From positions 19,782 through 83,781 of the IMG/VR virus record IMGVR_UViG_2643221578_000002: a DNA stretch of 64,000 bases; one strand, written 5' to 3'. Both the position numbers and the translations under genes were made by a program. Position 1 is the first letter of the stretch. The number at the start of each line of letters is the position of its first letter. This DNA is from a virus (taxonomy: Duplodnaviria; Caudoviricetes). The notes under the pieces are model-generated. The model saw only the letters and a program-made list of their open reading frames with translations. It searched no databases and had not been told where the DNA came from. Of this stretch, positions 19,314-28,713 are shown piece by piece.

Positions 19314-19733
19314 ATGGAAGTACGCACCTACGCCTGGCGGATCACCGATCGTGACTCGCGCGGCCCCCTGCTGGCCGCCGGGTTCGCGTCGTTCGACGAG
19401 CCGCTCGACGACTGGGAAGCCTCCGAACCGATCGTGAACGCCTTCCGCAAGGAACACGCCGCCGGGACGGTCAGCATCCAACTGTGGCTCAAGGAGGACT
19501 TCCTCCCTGCTGGCTTCCCGGTCGCCTGGGAATCCGACCGGGACCCGCACGGCACCGACCCAGTCCCGTCCGACGCCGCGGCATACTCCTACGACCCGCC
19601 CGTCGACGAAGACCCCGCCGACCGTGCCCGCGCCGACGTGCTCGCCGCAGCACTCAAGGGGCACGACGAAGCCGTCGGCCGTGTCGCCGTCGAAACGGCC
19701 AGGAACGCGGTCGCCGCACTTAACTCCCAGTGA
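19314..19733 (+). CDS. Hypothetical protein
   Basis: Coupled to ORFs 19139-19312 and 19730-19978. Confidence 0.5.
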   Translation: MEVRTYAWRITDRDSRGPLLAAGFASFDEPLDDWEASEPIVNAFRKEHAAGTVSIQLWLKEDFLPAGFPVAWESDRDPHGTDPVPSDAAAYSYDPPVDEDPADRARADVLAAALKGHDEAVGRVAVETARNAVAALNSQ

Positions 19734-19988
19734 GCGTCGTGACCTTGCCCGAACCGGCAGCACAACCCGTGCCAGCCCGCCAATATGACCGCATGGCACT
19801 CAGCTTGACGTTCAGCGGCGAAGGCAAGGACATGACATTCGACGAGCTCGAAGAGTTCGTCAAGCAGGCGCGGGAGGGGAACGTGCAGGGGGACAGGAAC
19901 GTGTACGCGGAGCTCAGCACCAGCGGGAAGATCAAGGAGTTGAAGGTGCGGCTCGGTGAAGGCCGCGACGACTACTAGACCTCCGCGC

Positions 19989-20024
19989 GACGAGGCCCCG
20001 GACCAGAAGGTCCGGGGCCTCGTC
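19989..20024. terminator. Terminator-like hairpin
   Basis: GACGAGGCCCCGGACC-AGAA-GGTCCGGGGCCTCGTC perfect 16-bp stem right after the stop at 19978. Confidence 0.75.
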
Positions 20025-20259
20025 ATGTCGCAGGAGGTCGGATGGTGTCGCGCTGCCAGCCGTCCGGCATATGACAGAGTCATAGTCAAAGCGTGTGGGG
20101 CCGTGACTAGACCCACAGCACCACATCCTCCAAACGGGTGACGCCGTCACAGATTCAAGAACTGTAATTCGCTATAGACGTTGACTTAGCGTGTACAAGC
20201 GAAACGCCCCAGCACGCCAGCGAACAACTGGCGAACCGGGGCGCAGCACAGGGAGGAGG

Positions 20260-20526
20260 TCAGGAACGGATGAACCGAAGCACCTTGTCCCGCAACAACC
20301 CCACACCAGCCGGGGCATACACCGCGAACTTCAAGCACGCAACCAGCGTCACAGCCGGCCCGATCGCCAACCAGGGGTCCAACCCCTCCACGGCGACCAG
20401 CTCGGTGAACGACACGCCGCCCACCAACACCAACACCGAGTCGGTGGCCGGATGAGAACTGCGACCAGGCGCTGCCAGGTCGCGGCCAGGGGTATGCAGT
20501 CCCTGGCCCGCAGGGGATTGATCCAT
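20260..20526 (-). CDS. Small hydrophobic protein
   Basis: AGAGGG RBS; hydrophobic C-terminal half. Confidence 0.45.
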   Translation of the reverse strand: MDQSPAGQGLHTPGRDLAAPGRSSHPATDSVLVLVGGVSFTELVAVEGLDPWLAIGPAVTLVACLKFAVYAPAGVGLLRDKVLRFIRS

Positions 20527-21329
20527 AGCTGATCCCTCTGTGAGGCGTCACCCCCCGCCCCTTATCGCCGGCAAGCAGATGCGGGTGGGGGGTGACGTGA
20601 ACGTGAAGCACGGATGTGCTCCACCCGAATCAACGACACCCGTAAGCGTTTGAGAGCCCGATCCCGTCTCGACCACCTAATGGTGTGAACGCCCGAAACC
20701 TCACGTGACCGGTGGCCGTTTACCTTCGGCTCACCGCGCGGCGAAGCCCCGGACTCTGGGGTCCGGGGCTGTCTTGTGCTCTGCTCGGGCGATCCACGAC
20801 CCGCCGAGCCGGTCTGTGGGTGGCAGCGTCACAGCCACATCCAGCAGCCGGCGCAGGTCGTCCAGCGCCTGCTGGCACTCGTCCTGGGTGCGGCCGTGAA
20901 CCGTGAACCTCGCCATGACCGCATTCTGCCGGGGGAGCGGCGGTGGCGGGGGAGGAACGCCCATATGGGGTCTAGCGCCCCCTCCCGGGCCGGGGCTACT
21001 CTCGACCCCCAACTCAGGGGGAGGGGCAGCATGGCGAAGAAGAAGAAGGCGAAGAAACCGGAGAAGCCTTCCGGGTGGTGGGTGGAACAACGCATCTGGC
21101 GAGCCGAGTTGGCGAAGCGTCAGGCGATCGAGGACGCCCGTCACGAGAGGGTGTACGGGCGGGTCGGTCAGACCCCGCCACGGCAGTCGTCGAACTCGGT
21201 ACACGCCATGTCGAGCGGGTCCTACCGGTGACCTGATCGGCTCCGGTTGATACGCAACGAAGCCCCCGCACCAGCACGGTGCGGGGGCCTCGTCGTGGGC
21301 GCTCAGGGCGCCTCCCGGCGGGCCGACGG

Positions 21330-21623
21330 CTACTCGTGCGGGTAGTCGTTGTGCTCGACATACGGTGCGGCGAGGAGCCGCACTTGGTACTCGGCAGTCC
21401 GGTCGGCCGCTCCCTCCGCGCCCAGGTGCGGAACGATGGTGTCCTCCAGGAGCGCGATGCGCACCTCGGCGGTGGCGATAGAGAACCGGGCGTGCGCCGC
21501 GGCGTCCTCGGGTGCGACACCGAACCGCCCAGGATCCTGGGTGACCGTGCTGCTCGCGAAGCGGGCCTTCTCCAGTTCCTCCGTGAACTGGGTCCGGAGG
21601 AAGACTGCCAGGCGGTCGGTCAT
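21330..21623 (-). CDS. DUF6221-like phage protein
   Basis: LAVFLRTQFTEE...VRLLAAPYVEHNDY; a second similar gene lies at 25420-25803. Confidence 0.6.
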   Translation of the reverse strand: MTDRLAVFLRTQFTEELEKARFASSTVTQDPGRFGVAPEDAAAHARFSIATAEVRIALLEDTIVPHLGAEGAADRTAEYQVRLLAAPYVEHNDYPHE

Positions 21624-22153
21624 GAGGGCTCCTGGTTCTGCCGCTCGCGGAGTTCGTCGAGCAGCGACGGGTTGACGATCCGGACGATGGTCTCGATGTC
21701 CCGGTCGTCGGCGGCAGGCCACAGGATGTCCCGGGCTGCCCGGTACTTCGCGGCCAGTCGGGTCCGCTTCTCCTCGGGGAGCTGCGCCGCCCGGTCGGGG
21801 TGGCTGTTGTGCGCGTTGTCCGCGATCTTCAGACGGACCGCGCCCCGCCCGCGCCCGGTGATGCGAGCCACCTTCTCCTCATAGGGCACCCCGCGCTCGT
21901 TCGTGACCGCCTCCACCAGCGCGACAACATGGTCCGGGACGCCAGCCTCGCGCAGCCGCTCAGCAGTCCAGTCGGTGTCCTCGATGACGTCATGCAACAG
22001 CCCCGCCATCACCAGGTGATCACCGAACGGGGCGAGCCCGGCGGCCACCGCGCGGACGTGCTTGATGTACGGCACGCCAATCTTGTCCACCTGGCCGGCG
22101 TGCGCGGCGGACGCCAAGGCGTCGACCTCGGCGACGGTCTTCGTTGCGCTCAT
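21620..22153 (-). CDS. HD-domain hydrolase of the RelA/SpoT (small alarmone hydrolase-like) type
   Basis: AHAGQVDK.G.PYIKH, LLHDVIEDT, LKIADNAHN motifs. Confidence 0.85.
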   Translation of the reverse strand: MSATKTVAEVDALASAAHAGQVDKIGVPYIKHVRAVAAGLAPFGDHLVMAGLLHDVIEDTDWTAERLREAGVPDHVVALVEAVTNERGVPYEEKVARITGRGRGAVRLKIADNAHNSHPDRAAQLPEEKRTRLAAKYRAARDILWPAADDRDIETIVRIVNPSLLDELRERQNQEPS

Positions 22154-22614
22154 TCGGACACCGCCTTCGGGGCCGCCTCGTCGTTCTTGCTCGGCCGGGT
22201 CGGGGTTCGCGAGCCCGGCTTGTGGAGGTACCAGTCCATGAAGGACCGCAGCGCGGCGCTCCGGTCCGTCCCCATGCTGCCCGTCGCCGCACCGAACTCT
22301 GCCCAGGTGTCGAGGTCAACCCGGATCGGCCGCGTCGGAGTCTTTCCGGCGACTGGCGACACCTTGAACGCTGGCGTCCCCGCCTTGTTGTGGAGTGGCT
22401 TCTCGGCGGCGATGGCGGCCACCTCCGCCTTCTCTGCTGCTGCGCGTGTCTCGTGCCACTCGACCACTCGTCGGTCGACAGCTGGCCACCACGGCTTCTG
22501 CTCGGAGTGCTGGCCCCATCGAACGTCGGGCTTGTGACTGATGCCGATGTACAGCAAGCAGCCGTGTTGATCGAACAGGCGGTACAGGGCGGTGCGCCCG
22601 GGGTTCTTCGGCAT
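22150..22614 (-). CDS. GIY-YIG-like domain fused to a ribbon-helix-helix-like C-terminus
   Basis: ALYRLFD...LLYIGIS...RW..H...E..AI..EKPLHN; then TRPIRVDLDTWAEF...DRSAALRSFMDWY. Confidence 0.75.
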   Translation of the reverse strand: MPKNPGRTALYRLFDQHGCLLYIGISHKPDVRWGQHSEQKPWWPAVDRRVVEWHETRAAAEKAEVAAIAAEKPLHNKAGTPAFKVSPVAGKTPTRPIRVDLDTWAEFGAATGSMGTDRSAALRSFMDWYLHKPGSRTPTRPSKNDEAAPKAVSE

Positions 22615-22624
22615 GGTCTCCTCC

Positions 22625-22912
22625 TCAGCTGGAGGATTCCCCTCCGGCTGCCTTCTTGGCGCTGACGACGGTTCGCTCTCGCAGTGGCGGGATGCCAGCT
22701 GCTTTGGAGATGCGGCCAACGTGCTGCCGCTCGTAGGGGACGAGTCGGGTGACCTCGGAGGGGCCCAGGGTGCGGGCTTTGAGGACTTCGACGATGCCCT
22801 CGTTGAGGGCGGTGCGGGCGGCGTCGAGTTGTTCCTCGGCCGCGTTGTAGGCGGCTCCGAGCTCGGTGAGCTTGTCGCGTGCTGCCTGCTGCTTCTTCTC
22901 GGTCGCGGTCAT
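22625..22912 (-). CDS. Small HTH repressor-like protein
   Basis: Helix plus LGPSEVTRLVPYERQHVGRI; divergent from 23067. Confidence 0.65.
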   Translation of the reverse strand: MTATEKKQQAARDKLTELGAAYNAAEEQLDAARTALNEGIVEVLKARTLGPSEVTRLVPYERQHVGRISKAAGIPPLRERTVVSAKKAAGGESSS

Positions 22913-22934
22913 GCCTCTGATGATGCCACGTCTT

Positions 22935-23023
22935 GTCGCATCCCCGATAGGCACCCTAGCGATGCATCTCTATGTTGTCACTCATGAATACCGCTTGACG
23001 TTGCATCCTCATGATGCAACTAT
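22935..23023. promoter_or_regulatory. Divergent promoter with GTTGCATC-N5-GATGCAAC operator and two degenerate copies
   Basis: Perfect palindrome 23000-23020 between TTGACG (22995) and AACTAT (23018); partial copies at 22935 and 22961. Confidence 0.6.
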
Positions 23024-23066
23024 TGAGTCATCGCCAAGCCGTGCAGCACCACCCGAGGGGGACTCC

Positions 23067-24378
23067 GTGATCGCCAGCAACCGCACCCGCCGCGCCACCC
23101 TGAAGGCCCGCCAGACCGCCAACCGGGCCGCCGCACGCATCCGCCGGCGCGGCACCGGCACCCTCGCCGCACACGCCATGGCCCAGGGCCTGTCCCACCG
23201 CGACGCCACCTCCGTCGCCGGCACCCTCCGCAAGGTCGCCGCGAAGCTCGGCATCCTCGGAACCGCCGGTCGTGCCCACGCTGGCCGAGGTGAAACGCCG
23301 CGACCGCGAATGGTTCGAGCGGGACTATGACAACGACAACGAGGAGTAGCCCGATGAGCATCCGACTCGCAAACCTGGACATCCGGTGGACCGGAACCGA
23401 CGACACCACCCCCGCCGGGCACGTCCTTGTCCTCGGTATCGACAACGCCGGGCTTTTCCGGCTCTGCCTGTACGCCGGAGAGACCCCGGCCGATGAGCAG
23501 TTCAGGGGCTCGCTCCTGATCCCGCCGGAGGGCCACAAGGAGCCCTTCCTGCCGACCCGAACGACCGCCTACAACACGGGCGGCGGCTGGGTCACCTGCT
23601 TCGGAGACCAGACCAGCATGCTCGCCCGGCTCGCCACCACTTGACCGCCCTTGGGTCGCCGTGTACGGCCCGGCGGCCCACAACCCGAAGGAGCATCATG
23701 CCGATCACCGCCACCTACCAGGTCAAGTGCGACGTCTGCTTCGGCGTGCTCGACGGCGAGTACGACACCCGCGAGGACGCCCAGGAGGCCCGCCAGGCAA
23801 ACGGCTGGGAAGACTCGGACGGGCGGACCGCCTGTCCCGCGCACAACACCACCCAGGAGCCCCCGCGATGATCCAGCCCGGACAGACCCGCGACGTGGCG
23901 CGCCGCCGCACCGGATACGTACAGGAGGACACGTGAGCGACGTCGGCACCCGCATCCTCAACCGGCTCCACCAAGAAGCCCTCGACGAGAACGAGGAGCG
24001 CGACTGGTACCGCACCGGGCGTATCCCCTGCCACGACTGCGGAACCACCGTCCGCACCAAAACGCTGGAGACCCTCCCGCCGCACAGCTGCATCCAACGG
24101 CAGCAGGCCCGGCGCGAACGAGAAGCCCAGGAGGACACGTGAGGACCGCGCACTACGCCTGGTGCTTCAGCCACGGTGCAACCCACACGTTCCCCACCGG
24201 AACTGCCCCCTGGTGCACCGGCCTCTGGATCGCCTTCACCGCCACCACCGAAGCCGAGACCCTCGCCTCCAAGTGCGCCCACTACGGCGAAGCCCAGTAC
24301 CTCGACGAACTCCCCGTCGAGAAGCAGATCGAGGTCATCGAGACCACCGACGCCCGAGCAGACGGGCCACTCCGGTAG
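23067..24378 (+). other. Run of small phage hypothetical genes (23067-23330, 23354-23644, 23698-23871, 23933-24142, 24139-24378)
   Basis: RBS-preceded starts; several CxxC motifs. Confidence 0.55.
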
Positions 24379-24521
24379 CCACCACCCCCCCTGGGCCCGC
24401 CCTGAACCATCAGGCGGGCCCGAGGCGCGCCGAGGGCGGCATTGGCTCAGGGTTGTCATCACGCCAGCGCACAATTGGCCTACAAGCCACTTGCTTCCCG
24501 CACCCACCACGAGGAGCCGCT

Positions 24522-25328
24522 GTGCACAACAACCATGACGACGCCGATTACGAGTGGCCAACGTGCATAGCCCCGAACTGCGGGCGGCAGCTGTGGGTCG
24601 CCGAAGCAGGCCGATATACGTGCCGCCCCTGCGAGGACCAGACCGCCAAGCGGCTCGCCGAACTCGGGCCGCTGTTCCGCCGGCTCAACGAGACCGCCGC
24701 TCTGATGCGGGGTGCCCGCCGGCCCGGCGGTGCCACCTCCGGGTCCCGCACCCCGCCGATACCCCCGCGCCTCGAAGTCCTCGCGCTCACCGCCAACGGG
24801 GGAGTCGCCACACGGTTGCAGGCCATCGAGGACTCCTGGCGGCAAGCCCTCGGCTGGGACACCACGGTGGCGGTCGAGGAGCGGACCACGTTCCCCGTCA
24901 CCCGGGACGCCGACGGTCGCACCCAGGTCGGGCGGCCGGTGAAGGGCGACCGGGTCTACCCGCACTGGCGCACCCAAACCGCCAGCCGGGCCGTGCCCGA
25001 GCACCTCACGTTCCTGGCCAACAACCTGCCGTGGGCGGTGTCGAGCTACGAGTCGGTCGGGCAGGACATCGACGACCTGTGCCGCCTCCACGCCGAATGC
25101 GTGGCCGTCGCCGCGAACGAACACCGGCCCGGCCGCGTCCAGATCGGCCGCTGCCCTGCCCGGTACGACGACGGCACCCTGTGTCGGGCCGACCTCACCG
25201 CCACCGCCAGCAGTCACCGCGTCCACTGCGGGGTTTGCGGGGCGCGGTGGGAAACGCTGGGGGAGTGGAAGCAGTTGCGGGAACAGCAAGACGCGATGCT
25301 GCGGGACGACGCGGGGGTGGCGGCATGA
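24522..25328 (+). CDS. Zinc-ribbon phage protein, possible late-transcription regulator
   Basis: GAGGAG RBS; N-terminal C..C...CRPC and C-terminal CP...C...CGVCGARW; position just before the late genes. Confidence 0.55.
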   Translation: MHNNHDDADYEWPTCIAPNCGRQLWVAEAGRYTCRPCEDQTAKRLAELGPLFRRLNETAALMRGARRPGGATSGSRTPPIPPRLEVLALTANGGVATRLQAIEDSWRQALGWDTTVAVEERTTFPVTRDADGRTQVGRPVKGDRVYPHWRTQTASRAVPEHLTFLANNLPWAVSSYESVGQDIDDLCRLHAECVAVAANEHRPGRVQIGRCPARYDDGTLCRADLTATASSHRVHCGVCGARWETLGEWKQLREQQDAMLRDDAGVAA

Positions 25329-25419
25329 GCGAGGTCGTGGTGGCCTTCATAGCCATCGTGATCAGCGTCGGATCGGTCGCCGTCACCGCCCTGTCCATCT
25401 ACCTTGACTGGAGATGGTC

Positions 25420-25803
25420 ATGACCGACCTTGCCGACTTCCTCCGCGCCCGCATCGCCGAACGCCGGGCCATCGCCGATACGATCCACGATCTCGGATGC
25501 GGCGAGATCCGCTACGACGCAACCTGCACCTGCGGGCAACCTGCCTTCGCTGAAGCCGACCTCGATGCCAAGCTCGCCTTATTCGAAGACCTGCTCGCCG
25601 AGGGGCACGAGCGCAACGAAGAGGACCACTGGTACAGCTGCGCCGCCCTCACCGATGAAGACGGCAATGCGCTCTGCTTCGACGAAAGCCGAGCACCCGG
25701 CCCCTGCGACTGCGGCCGAGACGCACGCATCAACCGACGGCTCCGCATCCTCGCCCGACCCTTCGCCGGGCACGCTTCCTACCAGGAAGACTGGGCAGCA
25801 TGA
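25420..25803 (+). CDS. DUF6221-like phage protein
   Basis: MTDLADFLRARIAE...LRILARPFAGHASYQEDW. Confidence 0.65.
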   Translation: MTDLADFLRARIAERRAIADTIHDLGCGEIRYDATCTCGQPAFAEADLDAKLALFEDLLAEGHERNEEDHWYSCAALTDEDGNALCFDESRAPGPCDCGRDARINRRLRILARPFAGHASYQEDWAA

Positions 25804-26093
25804 GCGACTACACGGACGACACCCTGACTCGCTACCTCGACCAGCAGCCCTCGATGCGAGAGGCACTGCTCCGGGACCCGACGCAGCGCGCCCAGGCCGA
25901 ACACATGCGGAACCTTCTCGGCGCGGCCGCGCGAGCCATGGCCGCCGAAGGGGTGCCCGAGGACACGCAACGGAGGGTAGTCAACCGCATCGTCTGGGGC
26001 GAACCCGAAGGTTGTATCGACGTGAACGGCGAGCGGCTTGCCTTCTTGGATGCACCGGTCGACTTCTCGAAGCAGCCGCTGCCAGACCTCTGA
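25800..26093 (+). CDS. Hypothetical protein
   Basis: ATGA overlap with the upstream gene. Confidence 0.55.
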   Translation: MSDYTDDTLTRYLDQQPSMREALLRDPTQRAQAEHMRNLLGAAARAMAAEGVPEDTQRRVVNRIVWGEPEGCIDVNGERLAFLDAPVDFSKQPLPDL

Positions 26094-26233
26094 GCCAGAG
26101 CTGCCGACATGCCGAATCGGCAACCCCTCTTGCCGATCGACCTGCGATGAGCGTATCGTCTGCTCCAATCGATCTCGCTGTGTCTGGAGGCCCACCCCAC
26201 CGGTGGGCCTCATCCATGTTCGGGGGTGACCAC

Positions 26234-26479
26234 ATGCCCGAGCAGCTCATCACCGAAGACCTCGCGGCCTACTGGACCGGACGACCCGCCACCACCATCC
26301 GCCGATGGGCCGCCGAAGGCAGACTCACCCGCCACCAAGACCGCAGTCGCCGCCGAAACGGCGTGCTCTACAGCCTCGACGAACTCCCCGCCGCCGAACG
26401 CGACGCAGACACCCGAGTCCTCATCACCCCAGCACCAACACCCCCGATCCTCGGCCAGCACGACGTACTTGCCGCCTGA
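26234..26479 (+). CDS. Small MerR/Xis-like HTH DNA-binding protein
   Basis: LAAYWTGRPATTIRRWAAEGRL...LYSLDEL. Confidence 0.7.
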   Translation: MPEQLITEDLAAYWTGRPATTIRRWAAEGRLTRHQDRSRRRNGVLYSLDELPAAERDADTRVLITPAPTPPILGQHDVLAA

Positions 26480-26660
26480 AACCCCTGCGCTGGTGGGCGC
26501 AGGCCGGGCCTTGATGCGCCACTGCGCTCGGCCCACTCTGTCCGCCCGGTCGAGGGTCCGGGCGGACACAGACCCGGGACCCCCAGTCCCGCCGTGACCC
26601 CGCCGTCAACACCTCTCCCGTTTGACGGCGGGGCCACACCCCAGACGAGGGGAGGCCACC

Positions 26661-28700
26661 GTGGCACTGCCCGTCGACCTCCCCACCGTGACTCTCATCG
26701 GCACCTACACCCACCCCGACGGCAGCCCCATGAAAGGGTCCGTCAGCGTCACCCCCACCCCCGGTAAAGTCGTCTCCGCCGACACCGGGCTCACCATCCA
26801 AGGCCGGGCCAAAGCCAAGTTCGACGGCAACGGGCAGGTCACCCTCACCGTCCTCGCCACCGACGCCCCCGGCATCAACCCCGAGAACTTCACCTACGAG
26901 GTGACGATCGCGTTCCCTGACGCGACCGGTGACAGCTTCTTCATCGAACTCCCCGCCGCAGCACCCGCCGTACAGCTCTCCGCCATCACCCCGGCCGCGC
27001 CAGCCAACGGCGACTACGTGGTCGTCACCGGACCCGAAGGGCCTGTCGGCCCGGCAGGTCCCGCAGGAGACGACGGCGCACCCGGAGAGCCTGGCCCGCC
27101 CGGAGCCGACGGCAGCAACGCCGACGCCGAGCAGTACACCGACAACGTCCTCACCGCCGAGGTCCAGCGCGCGGACGCCGCCTACGACCCCGCCGGTTCC
27201 GCCACCGCAGCACAAACCGCAGCCATCAGCACCGCGAGCTCCGACGCCTCGACGAAGGCAGGCAACGCGCAGACCGCGGCCGTCAACGCCGCCGCCTCAT
27301 CGGCTGCCACCCTGTACCTTCCGAACGCCATCCAGACCGTCGACGCGTACTTCGCCGGCGCCACCCCCTCCTCGCCGCGGTTCTTCGCGCACCGAGGCGG
27401 CGGCATGGTCCGGCCCGAGCACACGCTGGCCAGCTACCGGGCGTCCGCCGCCCAAGGATTCCCCCTTGAGGTATCCGTCAACGTCGACGCCTCCGGCGAG
27501 CTCTGGTGCATCCACGACACGACGATGGACCGCACCACCAACCGCACCGGGAACGTCAACACGTTCACGACGGAGGAGATCAGCCAGCAGACGCTGACCG
27601 TCAGCAAGCCCATGCTCGGCGCAGGCTGGACCGAGCAGCCTCTTGTACCTCTCCGGCAGGTGCTCGACGAGTTCCTCGGCAAGGTGGTCATCTTCCTTGA
27701 AGCGAAAGGGAACGACGCGGTCGTTCCCACGCAGACGCTCCTGAGCACCTACTACCCGCACGCCCCGCGGAGCGTCGTCTGGAAAGCCCACATCGGCACC
27801 GCGTCGCTTCCATGGGCGAAGGACCCGACACGGAACTACCGCACCTGGGTATACCTGGACGACGCCACCGCCGACGCCGCGATCACCGCGAAAGACCAGT
27901 ACATCGACTACCTCGGCGTCTCCACGACCATGGCCGACGCCAGAGTCGCCCAGATCGTCGCCCGCGGTAAGCCCGTCTTCTCCTGGCCCGTCTACCGGCG
28001 CAGCCAGGTCGCACGGCTGACCGGGCTCGGAGTCGTCGGCATGATGTCGTCCGACCCCCGGTACGTATCCACCGCCCTCCCGCAGCGCACCGCGTCCCGG
28101 TGGGACCTCCAGGTCAAGGAGCCTGGCGGTACCCCGGGGCTCGACTACGACGCCACATACGCGCTGTCGTTCGCCCCGGCCCCTGATGTCGGCTGGGTCA
28201 GCATCAACGCCCTGCCCAACCAGTCCTACGGGCTGGGAACCTACGCGCCGGCCCAGGGCAGTGCCGCCGGCTACCGGATCGCGTTCGACATGAAGTACAA
28301 AACGCTGCCTGCGGCGACGGTTCACGGCGGCTTCTACTTCGGGAAAGTCACCGACGACGGCTACCGGTTCAGCACGGCGAACGCGAGCGGCGGCTATCAC
28401 GTGGTGATGCGGGCTTCCGGCGACATGCAGTTGTACCGGCACACCGCAGGGTCGACGACGGGAACCCAGATCGGGTCGACGATCACGACGACGGCGCCGA
28501 TCGCTGACACGGCGATGAGTTTCCAGATCAACGTCACGCCGACGACGGTCGAACTGAAGCGCACCGATGGGGTCGGCTGGACCACGGGCCCGCTCGCTGA
28601 CGCGACCTACCGGGGCGGCTACCTCGGCCTGTCCAACGGATCGGTCACCGACCTCGCCACCCGCCCCTACTGGCGGAACCTGATCATCACCCAGCTGTAG
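26661..28700 (+). CDS. Virion fibre-like protein with collagen repeats and a glycerophosphodiester phosphodiesterase (GDPD) domain
   Basis: GGAGG RBS; G-X-Y run GPEGPVGPAGPAGDDGAPGEPGPPGADG; AHRGG...PEHT...IHDTTMDRTTN GDPD motifs; beta-rich C-terminus. Confidence 0.8.
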   Translation: MALPVDLPTVTLIGTYTHPDGSPMKGSVSVTPTPGKVVSADTGLTIQGRAKAKFDGNGQVTLTVLATDAPGINPENFTYEVTIAFPDATGDSFFIELPAAAPAVQLSAITPAAPANGDYVVVTGPEGPVGPAGPAGDDGAPGEPGPPGADGSNADAEQYTDNVLTAEVQRADAAYDPAGSATAAQTAAISTASSDASTKAGNAQTAAVNAAASSAATLYLPNAIQTVDAYFAGATPSSPRFFAHRGGGMVRPEHTLASYRASAAQGFPLEVSVNVDASGELWCIHDTTMDRTTNRTGNVNTFTTEEISQQTLTVSKPMLGAGWTEQPLVPLRQVLDEFLGKVVIFLEAKGNDAVVPTQTLLSTYYPHAPRSVVWKAHIGTASLPWAKDPTRNYRTWVYLDDATADAAITAKDQYIDYLGVSTTMADARVAQIVARGKPVFSWPVYRRSQVARLTGLGVVGMMSSDPRYVSTALPQRTASRWDLQVKEPGGTPGLDYDATYALSFAPAPDVGWVSINALPNQSYGLGTYAPAQGSAAGYRIAFDMKYKTLPAATVHGGFYFGKVTDDGYRFSTANASGGYHVVMRASGDMQLYRHTAGSTTGTQIGSTITTTAPIADTAMSFQINVTPTTVELKRTDGVGWTTGPLADATYRGGYLGLSNGSVTDLATRPYWRNLIITQL

Positions 28701-28713
28701 AAGGGCCCGCGCC

